From positions 1 through 64,000 of the forward strand of contig JBDLRP010000001.1 in NCBI GenBank assembly GCA_039799905.1: a stretch of 64,000 nt of DNA. Direction: 5' to 3'. A program made the translations under genes and the position numbers. The stretch comes from Pseudomonadota bacterium. Its GTDB lineage: Bacteria > Bdellovibrionota_B > Oligoflexia > Silvanigrellales > Silvanigrellaceae. Below are positions 8,317 to 17,651 of this stretch, piece after piece (positions within the stretch are counted from its first letter, which is position 1; each line of letters begins with the position of its first letter). The notes under the pieces are model-generated. The model was not told the origin of the DNA and did no database searches. It saw only the letters and a list, made by a program, of their open reading frames with translations.

Positions 8317-11105
8317 TCACCATCATTCTTTTTTCCAGCCTGGTGTCGCTCGTCACACTTGGAATCATGTTCATCCAACGCATCAGCCCCGAAAAAATTC
8401 GCATTCCGAGTTATTTCCTCGGCGTCGCAGGTCAGCGCAGACTGAGCCAGGTCAGAACAAAGCCACCCTTCTGGTGGGAAGTTCTCGCCTTGCTGCTGTT
8501 CACGGCAGGCGCCGGTCTGGCCTACTTTTCAAAGACACACAACTCGCCGGACGGCACCGCGCAAGGCACTGGTCTGGTTTGGTTTGACCCGACAATCTCC
8601 CACATCAGAACTTTGCGCACGTCGGCCTCCGCGCGTGAATTTGTCGCTGACTCTCTGAGTGATTTGAGGCTTTCCGAGTATGTTTTTATCGAACTGAATT
8701 TTTTGGAGGGAGCCGGTTCAAACTCCAAGTACACCTACCAACTCAAACGCGTTCCTGCGGCCGGAGTCGAAAACTACGTCCGCGCTGCTCTCTCGAATCC
8801 GAGCGTTCTTTCGCAGCCGCTCGACAGCCGTGCACTCCTGCAGACGTTGGAAAAAGAGCTTGGCGGCAATCTCGCCCAGACGACACTCACTCTCGTAACG
8901 GACGCTCAGGCAGAAACAGTCAGGCCTCTTTCACAGCTGAACAGTGCGTTCCGTTCCGTGACACTCATCAAAACTCCTTCTCCTGAAAACAAGAATTCCA
9001 CTGCCCGCAAAACGCCCGTCGTTCCGCTTGAGCTTGCTGCTGCGTGGAGTTCTTTAAGTGAATCTGGTCAAGATTCCGTGTTGGGCAATCCGCAGCTCAT
9101 AAAACTCGACGATTCGCTTGCAGCCAAGATTCCGCGCCAAGCGAGGCCCTCTCTCTACCTTGAGGAAATTGATTACCAAGATGGACAAGGGAGCGCGCAA
9201 CCGCAGCCCTTTGCGATGATTTCCGGTGAAGATACCCACAGCGGTGAAGCACAGAGCGCGGCACGTGCGAACCAGCCACTACTGACAACCTGTACGCTTT
9301 CAGTTGCTGGACCAAGCGAACTGGACGGACTCTCAGATTTGCGCGCCTATGCGCAATTCTTCTCGGTTCCGATTCGTCCGATGGCCTGCCGCTCGACCGA
9401 AAGCTCGCAAAGTTCCAGAGCGGCAGATCAGGGAGACCCTTGGAAATACCGTCGTGCCTCTGTTTGGGTTGTTCCCGTCAGCGAATCTGTCGCAGGCGAT
9501 CTTTTTCAGCAGAGTCTTTTTTGGACGCCTGAAGGCTTCTCGCCGGAACATGATGCTCTTGTTTACATAGCCGACACGCGACTTGCTGGCGTTGAGGAAC
9601 TCATGGAGTCGGTCTCGGTGCAGCTCGAGATCAATCAACCCTCAGTGAGAATTCCGCTCCTGCCGCTGCCTCCTTCGAATCTGACTTTCCCGTGGGAATT
9701 GCAGGCAGGTCAAAAACCAATTCAAACCAAACCCATTGCCCGGACAGATACTTCCGACGCGAAGATACTTTTGAAGGCCGCAGACGGAACTCCGTTGGCG
9801 TTTTCACTTTCACAAAAACCTGCGGTTGTTTACCTACGCACCGGCGGCGCCGCACCCAACGGCGAATTCGGGCGCTGGGGGAAATGGGCTGGTCTTTGGG
9901 CGCTTCTCTCGGCACAACTTCAAAACGTCTCACCCACTCTGACAAAAGTTCATCTCACCGCTCCGCAGGATTGGGCCCGTTGGTTTGAAGAACAAGAACA
10001 GCTGCGCAATCCTCAGCTGCGCTATTTCATCGACGGGCAGAATCTGACGGCGCAAATCATCAGCAATCAGTCGGCGCTCAGACCGGTTCCTGCCCTTTAC
10101 ATTCGTGAACGGGACGACCAAATGTTGCTCTTCGAACCTCCGCCGTCCGAGACGAATTCTGCCATGCTCACAGCATCCGAAATTGAGCAGTTGTTTCCCA
10201 ACCGTCGTGAAGTTGTGAGGCAATCCGATCGCGAGCTCGCGACAGCAAGTCAGATTCAATGGCTTGGCGCTCTCTTGGCGGTGCTGTCGCTCATCGCCCT
10301 GTGGTTTTTGCAAATCCGTCGTGCGCAATCGTCGGCCGCAGCGGCCACACTGCCTCTGATATTATTTTTTTCGGTGGCGTCACTCCTCTGGAGTCAGGAT
10401 TCGCATGCACAGGGTGCCAACCGACGGCCCCCATTTGATTCACGTACCCTGCGTGCAACAGAAAACAGACCAGTCGTCGGTACTTTTCCGTTTCGAATTG
10501 GCTGGTGCGATGCAAGCATTCCTGAACCAGTCAAACAGCGCTATCGCTATCTTCAAAATCTACTTGCAAGCCGTGGAACAATTGATCTTCCAAAAGAACT
10601 CACTGCCGGTGGCTGCAGGCTGGGCGCCGCAGAAATCTGGTGGACCTCGTCACTTGAGGCACTTCAGGCCGCCACTGTGACGCAGCATATTCGCTCTGGT
10701 GGTCTGGTCATCGCCGAAGGAATCTCGTTGCGCCAGCCGCCCGAATGGATGCTCAGCAGCGCTGACACCAGCATTGGCCTGGCCTGGGAGTCGCCCAAGC
10801 GCCGCGGACTCCTCTATCGCAGCTTTTATCTGCTCTCGTCATTTGACGGCTGCACACCAGAACGGACTCTCATTCTGACTTTGCGAAAAAAAGTAAACGC
10901 GCAGGCTCCCATGGGGATCATCACACCTGTGCGCTTTTTGACAAACACAAGTGAGGGCGAGGATTGTTTTGTCGGTGACGACGACTACAGAGGCCGCTCT
11001 TTTGTAAATCTCATGTACGGACTGCTGACGACAGACTACAAGGAAGACCAAATGCAACTTCCCGAAATTCTCAACCGCGTTCGCAATCTCGGGCTTGAAC
11101 CATGA
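8313..11105 (+). CDS. BatA-like N-terminus / vWA-like / C-terminal DUF4159 membrane protein
   Basis: N-terminal TM pair with IPSYFL; C-terminal LYRSFYLL...VNLMYGLLTTDYKEDQ typical of DUF4159. Confidence 0.7.
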   Translation: MITIILFSSLVSLVTLGIMFIQRISPEKIRIPSYFLGVAGQRRLSQVRTKPPFWWEVLALLLFTAGAGLAYFSKTHNSPDGTAQGTGLVWFDPTISHIRTLRTSASAREFVADSLSDLRLSEYVFIELNFLEGAGSNSKYTYQLKRVPAAGVENYVRAALSNPSVLSQPLDSRALLQTLEKELGGNLAQTTLTLVTDAQAETVRPLSQLNSAFRSVTLIKTPSPENKNSTARKTPVVPLELAAAWSSLSESGQDSVLGNPQLIKLDDSLAAKIPRQARPSLYLEEIDYQDGQGSAQPQPFAMISGEDTHSGEAQSAARANQPLLTTCTLSVAGPSELDGLSDLRAYAQFFSVPIRPMACRSTESSQSSRAADQGDPWKYRRASVWVVPVSESVAGDLFQQSLFWTPEGFSPEHDALVYIADTRLAGVEELMESVSVQLEINQPSVRIPLLPLPPSNLTFPWELQAGQKPIQTKPIARTDTSDAKILLKAADGTPLAFSLSQKPAVVYLRTGGAAPNGEFGRWGKWAGLWALLSAQLQNVSPTLTKVHLTAPQDWARWFEEQEQLRNPQLRYFIDGQNLTAQIISNQSALRPVPALYIRERDDQMLLFEPPPSETNSAMLTASEIEQLFPNRREVVRQSDRELATASQIQWLGALLAVLSLIALWFLQIRRAQSSAAAATLPLILFFSVASLLWSQDSHAQGANRRPPFDSRTLRATENRPVVGTFPFRIGWCDASIPEPVKQRYRYLQNLLASRGTIDLPKELTAGGCRLGAAEIWWTSSLEALQAATVTQHIRSGGLVIAEGISLRQPPEWMLSSADTSIGLAWESPKRRGLLYRSFYLLSSFDGCTPERTLILTLRKKVNAQAPMGIITPVRFLTNTSEGEDCFVGDDDYRGRSFVNLMYGLLTTDYKEDQMQLPEILNRVRNLGLEP

Positions 11106-13231
11106 CAACGACCATCGTCCAATATCTGTTGAGAATTTTGCTGGTCGGTCTCGTCGCCCTGCCGCTGATTGTGCCCTTCATCGAGAATTCCGTTGAACGT
11201 CAGCCGCCCAAAACACTGATGGTCTGGGTCGACAGCGCGTTACCTTGGAATGACGCCGCGCAACTGCAGGCAGAACGAAGGCTACGCGACAAACTCTCAC
11301 TCGACACTTCCATCCGCATCAATTTTCGCAAATTCGGTGCGCGCAACCAGACTCCCACACAGGATTTTGAAGAGCTGACAGGACAGCTGTCGGCCAGCGC
11401 AGGCGAGCAGATCATTCTCAGCAACGGAGCATTGTGGGGGCCGGCCGCGCGCAACTTTCAGCGCAGAATGCTCGAACTGGCAAAAAGTCCGTCACGCAAG
11501 ATTGTTGTTATTTCACCGCAGGACCTGCAATTACGCACGGGCCTGCCCGCGCTCGAAAAATTTCTTGCCCTTTCGGAGCTGAGTGCGCCGCAGCTCAATT
11601 TTCTCGGCGAGCCGTCTCAACTCTCTCTCGATATCATCGGCAGGCTAAATCCACAGGAAAGCCAGACGATTGAAGTCGTCATCCGCAGCGGTGAATCGTT
11701 GCTCACCAGCAAAACGGTTACGGTGACTGCCGACGCGTCAGGAATCGTAAACTCGATAGAAAACATTCCAGTACATTTTACCCGCGCACAGCAACAACTT
11801 CTCACAGCGCAGCTGTCTACCGAACTCAGCCCTGTTCCGCTCAACATGGCCAGTACTCCGGTGAGCGTTGTCCATTCGAAATCAACAGTTCTGCACGTTG
11901 GCGTCGGACCCGACTGGAGTCTGCGCAACATACGCACCAAACTCAAATTCTGGCCCAATCTCGATTTGCTCAGCTATTATATCTTGCGTGAAATTTCCGA
12001 CGACTTGTCGATACCCAGCAATCAGCTCTCACTGATTGAATTCCCGGCCGAAAAATTATTCGGCGAACAGCTGCCCAACTTTCATGGTGTGCTGGCGCAG
12101 AATTTTGTATTCGATTCCTACCTCAATCCACAGGACACACAAAACCTGTTCGACTACGTCAGCCTCAACGGCGGGCGGCTGGTCATTCAGGCGGGTCCGC
12201 TGAGTTTTTTGGGCCGAGATTCGAAAATCAAGGAACTGCTTCCCTGCGAGAATGTTCCGGAGTTTGATTTCGACAAGCCGCATGCATGGCGCGTCGGTAA
12301 AAATCGTTTTCTTTCGGAAGCACAGTTTGAATCTGCCGTCGGCCAAATCGTGACCCGGCAAACCGCAATCGGCTGCAAGCCCAAAGACGGCGCGCTTGTT
12401 CTCGCGGAAACCAATGACAACCCTCCCTCGCCGATGATCCTTGCCTACCCCGTCGGCAAGGGGTTGGTAGTCGCATTTCTAGCCGGTGACTGGCACACAT
12501 TCGCGAGTCAATCCGAGGCCGCGACCCCGACGCAGCGCGCGCAACGGGTTTATGCTGTAGATGCGAGCGAAAGATTGTTTCAATGGATGGTTGAATTCTT
12601 GCAAAGGCGTCAAGACAGCGGTCTACGCCCGCCACAGTTTGCGGGCCCGAGAGTCTACCGCAACGACCCACTCCACCTTGTCCGTTCGCGTGGCGGGATG
12701 CCCGAAGACGGCTTGTTGCGGGGAGCAGGCATCGGTTTCAACGGTCTTCTCGGACGACCGCGCTGGATGAGCCAATTAGCTCTGGAATCTGTGGTGTGGG
12801 ACCGCTGGGCATCGGAACAGGTCACTCCGACCGCATTATCCGAGGAAATTGAGACCAACCTGCGGGAGCTGACCCGTGCACCCAATTTTGAAACGGTTGG
12901 TTTGCAATGGCAGCCGCCCGCAGGTGAATCGGTCAAGTCAGTTCAGGCAGATGGTCAGCGCCTGCTTGTGTGGCCAGTCTTCGACGGCACCATGAGGCAG
13001 CGGGAAAACCTGCGAAACCCCGTGTTATTTCCTCAGGAACTGTCCAATATCTCGGCTGATTTCAGTAAATCGTTGGCGCAAACAGAAGAACTCCGCGAAC
13101 AGCGGGTCGTCCCGCTTCTTAACGCGTATCCATGGCTCTTGGCACTTGCGCTTGCGCTTCTTGCGCTTGAGCAACTCATTGGCCGGCTGTTTTTAGTTCA
13201 ACCCGCCGGACGAGTGTCCGGCCGGCAATAA
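11102..13231 (+). CDS. Membrane protein with GATase1-like domain (DUF58/BatA operon partner)
   Basis: VLHVG..P...DLLSYYILR...LSLIEFP..KLF, GGRLV..AGP.SF and GKGLV; TMs at both termini; ATGA coupling. Confidence 0.65.
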   Translation: MTTTIVQYLLRILLVGLVALPLIVPFIENSVERQPPKTLMVWVDSALPWNDAAQLQAERRLRDKLSLDTSIRINFRKFGARNQTPTQDFEELTGQLSASAGEQIILSNGALWGPAARNFQRRMLELAKSPSRKIVVISPQDLQLRTGLPALEKFLALSELSAPQLNFLGEPSQLSLDIIGRLNPQESQTIEVVIRSGESLLTSKTVTVTADASGIVNSIENIPVHFTRAQQQLLTAQLSTELSPVPLNMASTPVSVVHSKSTVLHVGVGPDWSLRNIRTKLKFWPNLDLLSYYILREISDDLSIPSNQLSLIEFPAEKLFGEQLPNFHGVLAQNFVFDSYLNPQDTQNLFDYVSLNGGRLVIQAGPLSFLGRDSKIKELLPCENVPEFDFDKPHAWRVGKNRFLSEAQFESAVGQIVTRQTAIGCKPKDGALVLAETNDNPPSPMILAYPVGKGLVVAFLAGDWHTFASQSEAATPTQRAQRVYAVDASERLFQWMVEFLQRRQDSGLRPPQFAGPRVYRNDPLHLVRSRGGMPEDGLLRGAGIGFNGLLGRPRWMSQLALESVVWDRWASEQVTPTALSEEIETNLRELTRAPNFETVGLQWQPPAGESVKSVQADGQRLLVWPVFDGTMRQRENLRNPVLFPQELSNISADFSKSLAQTEELREQRVVPLLNAYPWLLALALALLALEQLIGRLFLVQPAGRVSGRQ

Positions 13232-13261
13232 TATCCGACCAAAAAGATAACGCCGGATACT

Positions 13262-13288
13262 TCAGTTCCTCGCAACTTCAGCCGAATC
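13262..13288 (+). promoter_or_regulatory. Sigma-28-like promoter TCAG-N15-GCCGAATC
   Basis: Consensus-like spacing upstream of the PilZ gene. Confidence 0.4.
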
Positions 13289-13322
13289 TCCCGATGATTC
13301 ATTAGCAACAGGGAGTCTGGCT

Positions 13323-13781
13323 ATGACACTTTTTCCCAAAATCCTCGGCAGAGCCAGCGGGAATGATCAAAGCGGCGGTGACGACTCACAGCCCATCAAG
13401 CGCGCCAAACGCATTGAGAGCCACGCGCTCGTCGATGTAAAGACGAGCACTTGGAACCCACTCTCCGTTGCAAGTGCCGTGCTTTTGGACTTGTCATGGC
13501 AGGGTTTCAAAATTGAGTTCGTCAACCCTGTGAAGATCAAACCAGGCTCCAAACTCACCATGACAGTCCCGCTGTCTTCGTTTGGGATTCTTGCTCCGGC
13601 AAAACTGAAGCTGAAGATTCAAGTGAAGTGGTACGACCCGCGGATGCTGCGCGCCGGCGGGATATTCGAGCCCGAAAGCCACGAGCAGGACTATCTAATT
13701 CAGAAAATTATCGACGTTCTGACCCTGCGCGGCTCGCCCGACGATGCTGGTGTCATCAAGAGCACCCCGCGGGCCTCCTGA
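13323..13781 (+). CDS. PilZ domain protein
   Basis: KRAKR and DLSWQG motifs; VKW...GGIF. Confidence 0.8.
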   Translation: MTLFPKILGRASGNDQSGGDDSQPIKRAKRIESHALVDVKTSTWNPLSVASAVLLDLSWQGFKIEFVNPVKIKPGSKLTMTVPLSSFGILAPAKLKLKIQVKWYDPRMLRAGGIFEPESHEQDYLIQKIIDVLTLRGSPDDAGVIKSTPRAS

Positions 13782-13830
13782 TCTAGACGTTCCAAAGCCT
13801 TTCCGGTACATCAGCCATTCAGACTGAATA

Positions 13831-14535
13831 TTGCCGGAGGTTGTGCGCTTGTCTTATTCCGCTGCACCGATGCCGCCCAGCGGCTCCTGTTTTGTCGATG
13901 CGAACCGGCCCCAATTTCACAAAGTCATCCCGACACAACTGCGTGCGCCACTGCTCGGCTGCCTCGAGTGGCGTGTCGGAAACGCGCAAACAGAACAATT
14001 GATGCAACGGCGTGGCTGGATGCAATCAGTATGCACAACGGTCACGACGCCGGAGCAGATCGGCGGGTTGGACGCAGGCTGCGAGAGAATTTTTATCCCG
14101 GGCGAATTCTCCCGACAGGGCGACGTTCTTGCTGCTGCGGCTGCGTCGGGCAAAACGATATTCCTTGAGCGCGGAGCCTTTCTGGCGCCAAGCGACATGC
14201 TGCGCGCGGTCAGTAAACTTGGTCCTGCCAAAGACAACGTGGTTCTCGTCGAATCAGGTTCGGCCTTTGGATATTCGGACCGCGTGCTCGACCCACGCGC
14301 GCTCGAAGTGCTCGCATCCATCGGCTGCCCGATGGCACTCAACCTGGAAGCTCTGACTCAACCAAGTGGCATGGCATATGCGCACAGACCGCAATGGATA
14401 TCAGATCCAGCCTTTGACACGGCACTGATTCGCACAGCAATCGCATTTGCCGTCCGTTACCTCATTCTTCCCTGCAACCGTGAGCTCAGTCCGCAGGCTG
14501 CGGAGCTCTGGCTTTCTGCACGAAAGGACTACTGA
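13831..14535 (+). CDS. Degenerate KDO8P synthase (KdsA) paralog, probable pseudo-enzyme
   Basis: Aligns with the KdsA core (IPGEFSRQGDVL, SGKTIFLERGAFLAP, VESGSAFGY) but lacks KANRS/T, the KKGQ lysines, the CERG Arg and FDxTH. Start codon uncertain. TGA overlaps the kdsA ATG. Confidence 0.75.
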   Translation: MPEVVRLSYSAAPMPPSGSCFVDANRPQFHKVIPTQLRAPLLGCLEWRVGNAQTEQLMQRRGWMQSVCTTVTTPEQIGGLDAGCERIFIPGEFSRQGDVLAAAAASGKTIFLERGAFLAPSDMLRAVSKLGPAKDNVVLVESGSAFGYSDRVLDPRALEVLASIGCPMALNLEALTQPSGMAYAHRPQWISDPAFDTALIRTAIAFAVRYLILPCNRELSPQAAELWLSARKDY

Positions 14536-15356
14536 TGACATTCAACGGCGGCTGGAATGGAGAAATCCATCCCAAGGCAACTCTCTCGCAACAGCAACTC
14601 ACCGTCATCGCCGGGCCCTGCATGTTCGAGACTCGCGAAATCGGCTTCGAGGTCGCCGCGCAAATGAAAGCGTTGTGCGACGAACTGGGTTTTCAGTATG
14701 TTTTCAAAAGCAGCTACGACAAGGCCAACAGAACAAGCGGCAATACGGCACGCGGCCCTGGCCTTGAAAAAGGCCTGCAGTGGCTCAGTGAAGTACGTGA
14801 ACATTTACACGTGCCGGTCTTGACCGACGTTCACACTCCGGTGCAGGCCGCAGAGGCGGGACGGATCGTCGATATCGTTCAGGTGCCTGCATTTTTGTGC
14901 GATCAGAAAGATCTTCTCAAAGCCTGCGCCGAATCGGGCAAAACAGTGCAAATAAAAAAAGGACAGCACGCAACACCCGAGCAGGTGATTGCCTGTGCCG
15001 ATTACACCGCTGCCTGCGGCAACCCAAAGGTTTTGCTTTGCGAGCGGGGAACGTCGTTTGGCTACAACAACCTTGTCGTTGACTATCGAAACCTCGTGAT
15101 GATGCGGCGCTCTGGATATGCAACTGTTTTTGATGGAACACACGCGGCTCAGCTCCCCGGCGCCGGTTCCGGTCAGTCATCCGGATTGCGTGACATGGTT
15201 CCTGCACTCTGTGCAGCGGCAACTGCCGTGGGCATTCACGCCCTCTTCCTGGAGGTTCACCCGAATCCAGAAAAGGCACTCTCTGATGCCTCGACACAAG
15301 TGAGTTTCGAAACAGCAACGCACATTCTTCGCCGCGTCAAACAGCTGCGCGCTTAA
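14535..15356 (+). CDS. kdsA: 3-deoxy-8-phosphooctulonate synthase, metal-dependent type
   Basis: AGPC, KSSYDKANRTS, TDVH, KKGQ, CERGTSFGY, FDGTH, FLEVHP and SD motifs. Confidence 0.95.
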   Translation: MTFNGGWNGEIHPKATLSQQQLTVIAGPCMFETREIGFEVAAQMKALCDELGFQYVFKSSYDKANRTSGNTARGPGLEKGLQWLSEVREHLHVPVLTDVHTPVQAAEAGRIVDIVQVPAFLCDQKDLLKACAESGKTVQIKKGQHATPEQVIACADYTAACGNPKVLLCERGTSFGYNNLVVDYRNLVMMRRSGYATVFDGTHAAQLPGAGSGQSSGLRDMVPALCAAATAVGIHALFLEVHPNPEKALSDASTQVSFETATHILRRVKQLRA

Positions 15357-15982
15357 TCCTGACCGCAGTTGGGCGGTGGACCCTCGACCCTGCCTGCAAT
15401 TGCGCTCGACGGATTGCCACTTTCAAAACGCTGAAAACTCACGTCCGAACAGCAATTGATGACAACATCGCCAGTTTCACCCCAGCCGCCGCGGGCGTTG
15501 GGAGGAAAATTGTGATCGAAACAGAGAAGTTTGCGCTGACTCAGGAAAGTAATTCCGGCAACCGGATCGACTATTGCATCAGCTGAAATGTTGACAATCG
15601 CCACGCGTCCCTGACGCGAACGCAAAAAAATCTGCTTGTCAGGATCGCCCTTGCAGATTGTAGCCGGATCTCTGTTCAACAAATCCTTGCGTTGTCCAAA
15701 AAACTGAAAGTCGTAGCACTGCGCGGAACTCGCCTCAAAGGAATCATCGGCAGACTTTTTACGGACATCCGGTGCACGGATCAGGTACTTCGGCAACAAA
15801 ACTTCTTCGCTCGATTCCTGCGGCGCCGATGGTCGCAAAACAGCCTGCTTTTCGGCTTCGGCATCCAACCTGGCCATGGCAGCAGCTTCGCTGTCGGAAA
15901 GCTCAGCCGGAACTTTCTTGCCAAACGATGACTGACATCCCGCTACCGTGAGTAGTGGGATAATTAGAAACAATGTCATCAT
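15353..15982 (-). CDS. Hypothetical lipoprotein
   Basis: Lipobox VAGC; several Cys. Confidence 0.65.
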   Translation of the reverse strand: MMTLFLIIPLLTVAGCQSSFGKKVPAELSDSEAAAMARLDAEAEKQAVLRPSAPQESSEEVLLPKYLIRAPDVRKKSADDSFEASSAQCYDFQFFGQRKDLLNRDPATICKGDPDKQIFLRSRQGRVAIVNISADAIVDPVAGITFLSQRKLLCFDHNFPPNARGGWGETGDVVINCCSDVSFQRFESGNPSSAIAGRVEGPPPNCGQD

Positions 15983-16297
15983 CTTAGACGCCCCCGCGGA
16001 ACGCGTTTACCCACTTCGGGTACGAACCGAAAACTCCGCTGTTTTGAGTGTAACAACTGTGAATGGCGAAACAAAACATCGGTTTTGTGACTCACGCTGA
16101 CTCAGTTGAACCTCCGCTCACATTGAATGAATCGAAAATTCTGCACAAACACTGAAACATCCCCCCAAAACAACAAAGATTTCCGCGTTTCAAAACCCTT
16201 TCCGGCTTTTGCAATAATTCTTGTTGAATCGGCAGAGGAAAGGAAATACCCACGCTAGTCGTCCGGGGACAATCCCCCATTCTTGTTGGAGATGTTT

Positions 16298-16738
16298 ATG
16301 AAAAAGTTGATTGCAGCCCTGCTCGTGTTTTTCTTTCTTCAAACGCAAAATGTTGCGCGCGCAAACCCTGCCGGACTCGACGTTTCATTTGCACAGCTGG
16401 CATCCGAAGTGACGCAGGGAAAACTCTCGTCAGCCGAAATCATCAGCAAATCTAAGCAGGTCGTAGGCTCCGCGAGAGCCTCGGGTATGACCGAGGAACA
16501 ATTTGTCGCGCACCTTTCGAAAAAACTCGCACTCAACATGAGCGAAGAAGATGTTCTCAAAACTGTTGAAGACTTGCGCGCCGACCACTCTCCCACAAAA
16601 ATCTCAGAATTGGCCGAATCGCTCCGCAATACACAAAAAGACGACAAAGTTCTGATGGTCCTTCTGACGTTCGCACTTTTGACTGCTTTGATGCTTGGGA
16701 TTTTCTTCATCCTGGCGGACCCGCACTACCCTCACTGA
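16298..16738 (+). CDS. Secreted helical protein with C-terminal hydrophobic tail (PA2779-like architecture)
   Basis: Signal peptide ARA-N, C-terminal TM segment, GGAG SD. Confidence 0.6.
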   Translation: MKKLIAALLVFFFLQTQNVARANPAGLDVSFAQLASEVTQGKLSSAEIISKSKQVVGSARASGMTEEQFVAHLSKKLALNMSEEDVLKTVEDLRADHSPTKISELAESLRNTQKDDKVLMVLLTFALLTALMLGIFFILADPHYPH

Positions 16739-16754
16739 GACCTGAAGACCAACT

Positions 16755-17651
16755 ATGCGAGGGATTTTTCAGGCAGGTTTGTTTTTCGCTCTGCTCAGTG
16801 CCTGTTCCGCAACAGTGCCTGCGCAGAGCAAAACAATTTACGGTTCCGACTCACGCCTGCCGGTTCAACTCGCTCCACAGGCGATCAGAGACTTAGCTCC
16901 AGCCATTGCGCTCCTCACGCACACGTTCAAAATTCAATCTGCCGACAACAAAAATGTCACCCTCAGGACACACATTCTTGGCGATGTTTTTCAATTTTGT
17001 TCCGATGAACCAATGCGCGAAAAGATTATGACAGGAGATTGCAGCGGTTTCGCGGTGAACGCAAATCAGCTCGTGACTGCGCGCCACTGCATACCCGATC
17101 AAAAGTCGTGCGACGGCCGTCTGTTCATTTTCTCCCAACAAAACGATTCAGGCACGTCCATATCGGTTCAAGAAATGTATCGCTGCGCGAAAATCGACTC
17201 ATTTTTAGAACGTGAGAACGGCGACCTTGTGACTGTGACTTTAGATAGAAGCCTCGCAATGCCGAGTCACTTCAAATTCCCTGTCATTGCCGGTGACACT
17301 TTGCCGTCAAATGATGAGCAGCAGTTCGGTGATGCATTTGTATTGGGACATCCTTTCGGAACGACGCTGACCGCAGCTCCAATTGAATCCACCGCTTTCG
17401 ACGTTGACAACGTCTATTTCAGGGCGCGTGCTGACGTCTCGCAAGGCTCATCAGGCTCGCCCGTCTTGAGTCGGACAACGGGCGAAATATTAGGTGTATT
17501 GACTGGTGGCGAAATTGATTTGCAATGGGATTCGGCTTCATCATGCAACCGCGAGCGCGTCTGCGAAACCCACGAATGCAGCGGAGAGCGCTTTACAAGT
17601 GCCCCTGCTCTGCGAAAGCTTCTATCTCCTGAAAATCAGATTCAAGACTGA
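16755..17651 (+). CDS. Trypsin-like serine protease lipoprotein
   Basis: Lipobox LSAC; IYGSDSR, VTARHC, GDL and GSSGSPV. Confidence 0.88.
   Translation: MRGIFQAGLFFALLSACSATVPAQSKTIYGSDSRLPVQLAPQAIRDLAPAIALLTHTFKIQSADNKNVTLRTHILGDVFQFCSDEPMREKIMTGDCSGFAVNANQLVTARHCIPDQKSCDGRLFIFSQQNDSGTSISVQEMYRCAKIDSFLERENGDLVTVTLDRSLAMPSHFKFPVIAGDTLPSNDEQQFGDAFVLGHPFGTTLTAAPIESTAFDVDNVYFRARADVSQGSSGSPVLSRTTGEILGVLTGGEIDLQWDSASSCNRERVCETHECSGERFTSAPALRKLLSPENQIQD

Noticed and set aside
15983..16297. Roughly 300-bp intergenic region as a possible ncRNA
   Set aside because: No recognisable tRNA, riboswitch or strong stem; consistent with divergent promoters.
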